Shown: positions 47,848-57,358 of the stretch, piece after piece
Position numbering within the stretch: position 1 is the first letter of the stretch
Layout: each line of letters starts with the position of its first letter
Source of the DNA: Epithemia pelagica
Lineage: Eukaryota; Protista; Bacillariophyta
Length of the DNA stretch: 64,000 bases
Direction: 5' to 3'
Assembly: GCA_946965045.2 (NCBI GenBank)
Contig: OX337242.1
Location: 62,001-126,000 of the forward strand
Program-made: the position numbers and the translations under genes
Notes under the pieces: generated by a model
The model's database searches: none
The model's input: the letters and a program-made list of their open reading frames with translations, nothing else
What the model was told of the DNA's origin: nothing

Positions 47848-50479
47848 AAGAACATGGAGTGAGACACAGTGGAGCCGTTGTACGAGGGACGACACGACAC
47901 GACACCCGGGGGCGAATGGGGGATTTTGGCAACCCAACGGCATGAAACAAAGTCGATACAAACGACGGGCTGGTGGTTGTGGGAGGATTGTGCAAAAGAG
48001 TTTGCCACCACTCTCACAACAAACAGAGTCGGGCAACGACTCGATGTGTGTGTGTGTGGCCATGGGCGCCAGAAAGAAGAGGACAGTACCAGGTACCAGG
48101 AATCCATCCACTACAAACCAAGTGTCAACTCATCCATCCTTTGGGCTCGTAGTACTGCAGGCCTTTTTTGTTCTGTCTTGATGTGTGGTGGACCGTCCAT
48201 TCGACGTGACAGCGGAGCACGTGTCGATAGGGACCGTCCGTCGCGCCAACCGAATGGAGAAAACTATGGCACTGTATGTGTACTCCACACGAAAAACCCC
48301 TCCCTCGTTGGCACACTGGCTTGTGTGTTCCAATCCACGGATCGTCTTGGGTGTGTGTTTGTCGAAAAAGACACCAATAGAAGCCATGGTGTGGTTCCAG
48401 GAACCGTTCGTTTGCGCTCCATGGTTGCCATCCTTCATGGCACTCTCTGCTGCTCTTGTTCGATTGAGACACGTCGTCTCCCTCTTGTGTATGGAAAATG
48501 TTTTTGGGGGGTGACCCGTGTGGCGTCGTGGACTGTGTGGTTTGGTTCGTCGTTCGTATCATTCCCTGTGGTACTCCATGGTGGTTTCGTGCGGCTCCAC
48601 CAACTACCACCCAGAGGGGTTCCTCCAACGCCTTTCGATTGGTGTGCACCACACTTCATGGCCGGTCGTCGTGCCAAAAACCAGGAGAGAGACACTCCTG
48701 TCCATTCACCAGACTGTAGTAGCGAGAGAACGAGACTTGCTCACGACAATGGCTTTTGCAAAAAGGGGCCTTGGCTTCCTTCCGTGTCTCGTCGTCGTTT
48801 GGCAAACGATAATCACTGGGACTTTGTTCTCTCTCTCTCTATTCGTAGAGGAATCATCCATCCAATTCGACCGCCACTCCTATACTCTGCCATGAGCCAA
48901 GGAAACCCATGTTGCCGGACTTGGAGTCTCGTATCTCAACTAATGTAGAGTGTGCCTCCTTTTTGGCCCACTCACCACAACGACAACCAGAGAGCAAGAT
49001 CCAGAAGTTCAGGAGCGAACAAGAGTCGGCGTTCGTTTCTCGTTTGGTACCAAACATCCCACCAAAGAAAAGACGACTCGTGCGTCGTCGAATGGAGAGG
49101 GGGCGCGTTGCATTCGGTTGGTCGTTGCACGAGGCGAGACGGAGAGTGGAACCGTCACGAACAAAGACCAGACTCCTCCTCTCTTCTTTGGGACCACGCC
49201 AAGAGCAGTGTTGGGAATCCACACGACAAGCTCGTGTGTGTAGGTCGGTTTCAGTTGGTCTTGTCTTGTTATTTCGTGTTTTCATCTTGAAACAAGGAGA
49301 ACTGGACTCGATCAAACTCCATTTCACCTTCATCATCTTGGTCGAAGGAACCTCCAGATCCACAAGAGCAAACCACGACATCCCCCCTTATGATACTTGA
49401 TCCTACTGGAACGACCCCGCTCGTGTTTGTTGTGGAGATCCAAACTATACAGTTGCGTGTCACCGCCAGCAACACCCAAGAACCATCCTCGCCGTCCAAC
49501 AAACTCCACAACAGCATTCATTCAAACCTACCTTTTGCTGGAACTTTCATCTTTCAATGGTTGTTTCTACTGTCAAGAGATGATGATGATAAGGAAGAGG
49601 AACGAGAGATTGATAGATTGACACACCCTGCTGCTGTTGCTGTATCTTGACGATGATAGTTGGTGTCGTGGTTGAATGAATCCCCCCGACACGATCTTTC
49701 CGAAACGGGATAGGTGTCGTACGGTACGTACGTACCGCTCTCCATGCTCCCGGCTGGGAAGTTCCATGCAGCGCATCTGTCGAACCAACATGGAGAACTC
49801 AGGTAGCAAGCCTAGCTAGCAAGCCGGATGATGCAGCAGTTCGGGTTCGCACGATGACATCGGTCTCGGTGTCCTTGGCAGGTGGCATGGATGTTCTTCC
49901 TTCTTTTGTATGCTACCCCATCGGCGGCTAGCTACCTAGCAAAACAGATGCTCCTCTATTCGACAGACCACACCCGATCGCGCGCGTGCAATCACAACAG
50001 AAAACACTTTACGTGTCTCTCGTGAGCAACAGAGGTGCAAAGGCCATCGTCTCTCTTGGAAGGGTTGTCTATAGTATTGTCATGTCGCCCATGATCCATG
50101 TGCTTCAAGAACGCCTAGTAGGTTAGTAGTAGTAAGTTAATAATACTAGCCATTTTGGTTCGGGTTCCACCCTGTACCTGTTGGTTGGTTGTTCCGGGTC
50201 CAACCCACAAACAAAACCAACCAACCGACCATTCTTATAAAAAATATTGTGAATATAATAGTTGTATGGATCCACACGAGATTGATGATTCTTCATTCCA
50301 CACACAGCGGTTTCATGGTTGTCGCGCATCATTCCATTTGTTGTCGTGTAGTCGTCGCCAGATTGGTTTCGTACCAAACGTTTGTTTCATTCATTCTTTC
50401 TTGTTGTGTTCTTCTTCTTGTAGACTCGTGTGCTTGCTCTCCAGTAGATATCGAATGGTCCCACACCAATGGGTTTCTT

Positions 50480-50740
50480 TTAATTCCACGGGCTGGATTC
50501 GGCGAGTCCAGCGGCGGCTGCCAAACCGTTTCCTCCTTCTTGTTGGTTGTGGTGTTGGGTTTCAGTTTGTTCCTCCCCCGACAAGGGACAAAAGTCCTTG
50601 GGAGGAGCCATGACATGGGTCTATCATTGGTAGGTAGGTTATGAGGTCGTTTGTTGTCGTCGTACGTCGAAGCCAAAATCATGGCCCACCAAACCAACCG
50701 CCAAAAACAACACACAAACAAGACGAGTCATGAGCCATTC

Positions 50741-50772
<32 letters not shown>

Positions 50773-51660
50773 GAGCCACAAAATCAACCAATCATTCCCC
50801 AATCACAACACACACTCCATATATTCTCTCTCTCTCTCTCTCTAGTAGAGAGAGATACGTACCACGGTCAAGGGTCCAATATAGGTTCCCGGTTCCACAA
50901 CGGGATAAACGCTACAATCATTGGTAAAAATCCAGGTAATGTCCCATTCTTGCATGCGTCCATCGCGGCCGGGTCCCGTCATTTGGACATGGAGCGAGGC
51001 GGGCAAGACACAGGTTTCGGGCGAACACTGGTTATTTTGCATGGTCAAGATTACCGATTGGTACCAAAAGCCTTGTCCGCTCGTCAAGGTACCGTACAAG
51101 GTGGTGGGATTGACAATCCATTCGTGGACGGCATCGTATTCTTGCAAGCGAATCAATTCAATCGACAGCAATTCCGGCGTGGATTGATTCCACCGCACAT
51201 TGTTGGGTTTGGTATGCGGATGGGCATCCAGTTTCATGTCCGGCTTGTCATTGTGACGACCTTGTTGTTTGGACGATTGAATCATGCCCTGGCCCGGTTG
51301 GGGAAAGGAGACGCGACAACTCACTTGTTGAATGCCTCGCACCGGAGTAATGGGTTTGTGCACAAAGGCCTGGAGTGGTACATTGGTTTGTTGACAGGAG
51401 GTGCGACTAAAATCCAAGGCAAATTCCCACGCCGCCGGATGACAGGCACATTTTGGCAAGGGCTTGAGCGACCGGTGGGATTCCGTACTGGAAGTGGAGG
51501 CATTCGGGACCGAGTCGGATCGGAATTTGGGAGCACCACGACGCAATAAAGTTTGCGTGTGATTGGTCGTACGGGTGGCCTGACAAGAGGACGACCAGAA
51601 GGACAGCAACAACAAGAAGGAGAAAAGGAAAGAGACGGCACTTGTCGTGCGAGTTGTCAT
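50480..51660 (-). CDS. CACQP-domain family copy 15 (CACHP variant), isolated from the main array; exons 51660..50863 and 50620..50480
   Basis: Signal MTTRTTSAVSFLFSFLLLLSFWSSSCQA, RSL, then CACHPAAWEFALDFSR. Donor GTACGT at 50862, TAG acceptor at 50621. Exon 2 reads THVMAPPKDFCPLSGEEQ...SSPWN*. Confidence 0.88.
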
Positions 51661-52333
51661 GGTTGTTTGCTTGTTTGTTTGTTGGAGGTACGGATATCTT
51701 TGGCTTGTGTGTCACCTCGCAAAACGCTCGTTCGGCTCGTTGTTGTTCCGCAACACAAGACGAAGATGACAGTTGTCGTATTGCATCGACTGTGTTTTAA
51801 GTGGATCGATTCGGTAGAATGCAGGTGATGCCAACAGAAATCTTTTGCCAACAGAGATATCCTCTGTTCGCTCAACAAATTGGAGGATGTTCGACGACAG
51901 ATTGTTGCAGTGTTCTCTTGTTTTTGTTGCGCACTCTCGTCTCTCCTCATTGTCTCTCCCCTCTCCCGGCTTTGGCTTGGACCAATCAAACCGAGACAGA
52001 GCTCTCGCCTCACGGCCACGACCCACGACAGTGTCGTGTCTTTTGGAAGGAACCCGGATGATCTTTTAAGCGACGGTGAAGCGACCACGTTTTGCGAATG
52101 ACAGACAGAAGAGGACAGCCGGCAGACAGACACATCGCTCAGGATCCTTTTGTGGGGTCGCCTTTTGCGCTTTGATGGATCTGTGCTGCTGGACAGCACC
52201 ACCATGGGAAAATAGTCTAATTCCATGCTCTTTCTGTTTGGAAATCGGTAGATCATTCTGTCTCTTTGTCTCTTGGAATACCAACCACAGCAACCAGCCA
52301 AAAAACACTTCTAGTCATAATCCCATCAGCATC

Positions 52334-55300
52334 ATGTTTCGTCGAACGGTCCCCCGGTACGAAATGATTACGACCTGGCACGGCCAACGGCGCGTCTTGA
52401 AACAGCCCATGGACCCGTACACGTACATGAAACGAGGCACAGAAACGGGCGTGTTCAGGACGGGCGATGAAATTGATGCCATGTTGACGCAACGCAAATT
52501 GCAACGCGATCCCGTCAAGCAAGTCATGCGTCGGTTTCGGCAAGACATTGTGCGTGGCGCCTTTATTCACGATTATCCCGATGAATATCGCATTGTTCGA
52601 CAACATCCCCCACCGCCCTTTGCGGGAATCATTTCCAAGGTGCAATTGCGACGCTGGAACCATGAAGAACGACTGCAACAATTGGCGTGGAAGAAACAAT
52701 TGCAAGACATGGAACGATATGGCACGGACGGCCCGTTTGCGCCCGACTGTTATCCACCCCATGCCAGTTACCATGCCACGCAGCAACGGGGGACGCCGCA
52801 ACAACGGGTCAATGACTTGACGCAACAGTACATTCAACGGTATCACGAACAACAAAACGATCCAAATCATACTCATAATCCCACCGTCACGGTCCGTCCC
52901 CATTCCGACAATCCGCACTTGTACAATACCGGTGCCCCGCTGTCGTCGGAAGAATATTATCGACGCTTGTTGGGTGTGCCCAAGGCGAAAACGGCCACAA
53001 CCGGTGTGCATCGCAAGACGCACGGTCATTCCTTGAACCAAGCCACGCGCGATGCCCTGGGCATTCCCTACGATCATCCCAATAGTATCAGTGCCATGAA
53101 GGCCTATCAAGCCGCCTTGATACATTATCAGCTCGAACTTGACCAAGAACGAAAACAAGCGCACGACAAGGACCAGAACAAGAAGGACAAGAACAAACAA
53201 CCAAGTCCGGAACAAGTCGAACAAGCCACCATGCAGCAAGTGGATGACATGCTCGAACAAGCGGCCCAAGAAGAATATCATCAAGCGGCACATGTCTTGA
53301 TGCAAGCACGAGCCCTGCGCCGGCGGCCGCGGAGCAACGATTCCACCGATGATTCGCCATCCATTGCCATTGGACCTCGTACGACCATGGCCGATTTGGT
53401 CCAACAGTATCAAGGTCAAACGCACCAGTCGTGGCGTCGCTTGATGCGCGGCGGTCGCAAAGTACATGCCCAAGAACCGCAAACGGCGGCCGGAGATCCC
53501 GTGGATTGGGGAACCTTGTCGGATCGGACCAATCGATTGTGGCAACGGGTTGTGCAACAAGATTCTCAATTGTCCTCCAAATCACAAGCACCCAAAGATT
53601 ATTTGGGTTCGGTGCCACCCGATCCCACTGGCGAACGGGAACGACAAGTCGTTCTGGAGGAAGCCATGCGTCGTGCCGGAGGACCGCAAGCCGTTTTTGC
53701 AGCGGACGACAAAAAGGACACGCCCCCAACCACGCCATCCGGAACCACCACAGCCTTGGACCATGTCTTTACCAATGTCTTGCACGCGGAACCGCGCGTC
53801 TTGGAGGGCATGATGCGCTGGTCGCAACGCTTGCAGGCCGTGCCGTACTTGCAATGGACGGTGGGAGCTGCCGTCGCCTTGGATCATTGGATTGCCCGGC
53901 AAGTCTTGGGCCTGTCGGAACCCACCTGGCAAGCCGTGTTGCATGGGACGACCGAGGATCCGGCTCTGGCATCGCGCGGGGACCAAATTTTGCAAGCCCG
54001 ACAAGCCCTCTTTCCCGAAACCAGTACCGAACACGAATCGGCCGTGGAACAAGAAGACGGAGATGAAGAAGAACACCAAGACGAGGCGATTGCGAAACGC
54101 ACCGAATTGGAAGCCCAAAAATTGCAAGAACAACAGCAGCAAGAACAACCAGAACAACCACCCGGCATGGAGGGTTCGCCCAATTCAGCCGTGGAGGATT
54201 TGTTGAGTTCCTTGGGCGACTTGGCGCGTCCCAACCACACGAACAAAAACAGCCAGACGACGACGACGACCACTGCTACAACGCCCACTGCTACAACGCC
54301 CACTGCAACAATGCGTCCCCACACACTTCCTGAAGTCAATGCCCAAGTGGATGAAATTATGGATGAATTGCAAGATTGGCGTCGCTTGCATCAATCGGAA
54401 CAACCCTATGACGAATGGGATGCGACCCAACAGAATAAACTCAATGACTGGATCACGTCCAAATTTGTCCCCCTCTGCGGTACCGGGAACCACCAAGCGC
54501 ACGAGGTGGATTTGCCCGCGACCCGCGAGGCCTTGTTGAATGCTCCGCCCATTTCGCGACAAGAATCGCAAGCCTTTTGGTCCAATTTGCAAGACGAACA
54601 AGATGCCGTTGATTTGTTGGAACGCATGCGTCGCGATGGACCGCCTCCCACGGCCCGCAACTTGTTGCAAACGTCGTTTTGGGAATTGAGTCACAAGGAC
54701 CAATTGGATCAATTGCTCAATTTGGGTGCCATTCGACCCCTGCTCGAAGAATATACCAAGGAATCGGATCGACGCGCCTTTTTGCAAAAATATGGCGACA
54801 TTCTCCTGACCGGTGTCCCCTTGGAACATTTGGTCCCCGATCCAGAAGGATCGATTGGATTGGAGGAATTGCAACAAGTCGTCCAAGATCAATATACCCA
54901 AGGTGGGATGGAAGGAGGATTGGATGCCGAATGGATGAAGGAATTGAACAAATTCTTGACCAGTACGAAGACGACTGCTCGTACGTTGAATTCCTCCCGA
55001 TCCTCGTCCCTTCCGACTCGGTTCCGAATCGAACGTATTCCCTACCGCGGAACCCTCGGCGATGCGGACGACGACGATACGAACGACCATAGTTCCAAGG
55101 ATCCCGCCCATTCCGAATTGCTCTTGTCACGAGCCTTGTTCAAGGCCTGGAATACGCACAAGGCGAATCGTGCCCAATACGAAGAAACCTTGTTCCGGGA
55201 ACACCAATTGGGCTTGGACTATGATCACCCCCCTCAAGTCCAGACAGAGGAGGACCTGGCCGACCTGGAAGACGACGATTCAAACAAGAAAAAAAAGAAA

Positions 55301-55432
55301 AAGAAGAGGACGAGAAGGTCGCATGGATCCGTCTTGAATCAATACGAAGTGGAAAAAGTACGAGAATATGAGGCCCGCATGAGCAAACGATTCCCCCTTC
55401 CACCCGGAGCACCCAGTCATTGGTACAAGTAG
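52334..55432 (+). CDS. Large hypothetical protein (~1030 aa), probably mitochondrial
   Basis: Long uninterrupted ORF with an Arg-rich start MFRRTVPRY and mostly helical content. The segment RRFRQDIVRGAFIHDYPDEYRIVRQHPP weakly recalls mitoribosomal mS23 N-termini (unverified). Confidence 0.75.
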   Translation: MFRRTVPRYEMITTWHGQRRVLKQPMDPYTYMKRGTETGVFRTGDEIDAMLTQRKLQRDPVKQVMRRFRQDIVRGAFIHDYPDEYRIVRQHPPPPFAGIISKVQLRRWNHEERLQQLAWKKQLQDMERYGTDGPFAPDCYPPHASYHATQQRGTPQQRVNDLTQQYIQRYHEQQNDPNHTHNPTVTVRPHSDNPHLYNTGAPLSSEEYYRRLLGVPKAKTATTGVHRKTHGHSLNQATRDALGIPYDHPNSISAMKAYQAALIHYQLELDQERKQAHDKDQNKKDKNKQPSPEQVEQATMQQVDDMLEQAAQEEYHQAAHVLMQARALRRRPRSNDSTDDSPSIAIGPRTTMADLVQQYQGQTHQSWRRLMRGGRKVHAQEPQTAAGDPVDWGTLSDRTNRLWQRVVQQDSQLSSKSQAPKDYLGSVPPDPTGERERQVVLEEAMRRAGGPQAVFAADDKKDTPPTTPSGTTTALDHVFTNVLHAEPRVLEGMMRWSQRLQAVPYLQWTVGAAVALDHWIARQVLGLSEPTWQAVLHGTTEDPALASRGDQILQARQALFPETSTEHESAVEQEDGDEEEHQDEAIAKRTELEAQKLQEQQQQEQPEQPPGMEGSPNSAVEDLLSSLGDLARPNHTNKNSQTTTTTTATTPTATTPTATMRPHTLPEVNAQVDEIMDELQDWRRLHQSEQPYDEWDATQQNKLNDWITSKFVPLCGTGNHQAHEVDLPATREALLNAPPISRQESQAFWSNLQDEQDAVDLLERMRRDGPPPTARNLLQTSFWELSHKDQLDQLLNLGAIRPLLEEYTKESDRRAFLQKYGDILLTGVPLEHLVPDPEGSIGLEELQQVVQDQYTQGGMEGGLDAEWMKELNKFLTSTKTTARTLNSSRSSSLPTRFRIERIPYRGTLGDADDDDTNDHSSKDPAHSELLLSRALFKAWNTHKANRAQYEETLFREHQLGLDYDHPPQVQTEEDLADLEDDDSNKKKKKKKRTRRSHGSVLNQYEVEKVREYEARMSKRFPLPPGAPSHWYK

Positions 55433-56249
55433 TAGTAGTAGACGGAGAATCGCAACAAATCAATGACAAGCCATGACACAACAAAGGATAACAAACAACA
55501 AAGCACCCAGAAAAAAGAAGAACCATGGGATTGTAATTGACAAAACAACAACACATTGCCAACTATATCACGGACAACATACCTGCAGCACACACCTCCA
55601 AAACTGATATCCACTACGACTTGTTTCGGAACAAGCCAGAGAAGTAGTAGTACTATTAGAACACTCATTCTATCCGTATTCCAAACTATCTTTGCAGGAT
55701 TGCAAGAAGAAATCGCAGCGGATGGGACAACAAGATGGAACGACACTTCCATATTATGGCACGCAAAAGCACATGGATCATGTGGGCGACACGACAATAC
55801 TATAGGCCGCCCTTCCAAGAAGAGAGACGATAGAGATACAGAGACGACGGCCTTTGCACCTCTGTTGCTGTTCCAGCCTCTCGGCTAGCTCGATGATTCT
55901 CGACCGGCGATCTTGCACGGGCTGGCGTGGTTCATCGAAGCGATCTGGACGCCGTACGTCATGAATCGCCCCATATCATACTTTGATTGGGGAAGGCCCA
56001 ACCAAGATTCTAAAATATGCCAGTCGCATTCGGAACCAGTGCAGGTCATCTTCATCGTTGTGCCATGCTGGGACGAGCAACGGTCATCCATCTCGAGTTT
56101 CCCAACAACGCCGATAGAGGAGGCAAAAAAGTCGTCCACACCCATCATCCAAGTGTCCTTGTCTCTCTTGTCTCTTCTCGGGTGTTGCCATTTGCATCCT
56201 TCTTTCTCTCTACATTGACGACACTACTTCGACTACTCCACATACTGCA

Positions 56250-56564
56250 ATGGGTTGGACGGACATGTTGTTTGCGGCCAAGGCCAAGAATGACATGAAC
56301 AACATGTACAACGACACCAAAGAGGCCTGGAACACGTGGTACAGTGGCGGTGTGACCAAGGAACAACGCAGTGAACGACAAGAACGGACCGAACAATACG
56401 AACAAGCCAAGCAAGAACGGGCCCAACGCAAATCCAAACTCACGGAACAATGGGCGGCCACTCGAGCCGCCAATTCGTCGTCGGGGAACAGCAGTAGCAC
56501 GAAAAGCAGCAGTACCACGACATCGTCGTCCGCCACCAAGAGCAGTGTCGATGATATGGTGTGA
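56250..56564 (+). CDS. Small coiled-coil hypothetical protein (104 aa)
   Basis: ATG start, charged helix EQRSERQERTEQYEQAKQERAQRKSKL and Ser/Thr tail. Confidence 0.6.
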   Translation: MGWTDMLFAAKAKNDMNNMYNDTKEAWNTWYSGGVTKEQRSERQERTEQYEQAKQERAQRKSKLTEQWAATRAANSSSGNSSSTKSSSTTTSSSATKSSVDDMV

Positions 56565-57065
56565 AGGCATGGATTGCTACTAAACAAGAGCTGTGAGAGA
56601 CACACGAATGATTTCCCTTTTATCCTGAAAGCCGTTGTCTGTGGCACTCCAAACCAGACATCATGTGGTACATGTGTGACCAGCACGCTCCATGTGATGC
56701 TTCCTAGAGAGAGCCCAATCAAGGCATAAACTATAAAAACTATAAATGAGGACCACCAAACAAAATGACAGCATAGGATTGAACATAACCTTACCGTTCC
56801 GATTCGTCGTCAACAGGTGAACTGTTGTTTCCCAGGTTTGGTCCACACATGGACTACTTGTACGATATGACTGTCCCACAATGTGAGGTTCTGGAGTGTG
56901 ATGTGGTCGTAGCTTTGGGAGAGCCACGATGCAGAGGAAAAAGGAGAGTAGGTGCTGGGTAGTCGTAAGATGATTTCTCATGTCGTCCACAGCAAGGTTG
57001 ATGTTGCGTGAATGTGAGGAACCTGGTCGTGACAAACGCAGCACCAAGAATCATAACAAGAAAGT

Positions 57066-57178
57066 CAAATTACGCGTGTGATACCAAGTGAAAAACTAAA
57101 ATAGTGAGCATTAAGCTACGCGTCCCTCATGGGTTAGCTACTCGCCCAAAACTCGCTTAATATCAGTCGCCTTTCTTG
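57066..57178 (-). repeat. 3' LTR (113 bp)
   Basis: Base-for-base identical to 63204..63316. Confidence 0.95.
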
Positions 57179-57188
57179 GTCCCCTCAC
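57179..57188 (-). other. Polypurine tract
   Basis: Minus strand GTGAGGGGAC abuts the start of the 3' LTR. Confidence 0.7.
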
Positions 57189-57358
57189 AATTGCTATGTC
57201 GGACCATCACGATATAGTCACATTTTGCCAACTTCAGAATATCACATCAACACATATCTTCTTCCATCTCCTCCACACCTGCTTTTGAGCGCCCCTGTAT
57301 GGCGTGCAGGACGTACCCAGTCCCCTTGGTCGGGCGGGAAACGTACTCAGGGGTTGCA

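Noticed and set aside
47869-49800. Several 100-360-aa ORFs on both strands
   Set aside because: No consistent coding frame or motif could be supported. A spliced gene cannot be excluded without RNA data.
52253-55111. Minus-strand ORFs of 438, 191 and 308 aa
   Set aside because: Antisense shadows of the 1030-aa plus-strand gene.
57079-57165. TGATA...TATCA as the true LTR ends
   Set aside because: The 13 bp outside these motifs on both sides are identical in both LTRs, and the TSD, PPT and PBS abut the outer CA/TG ends.
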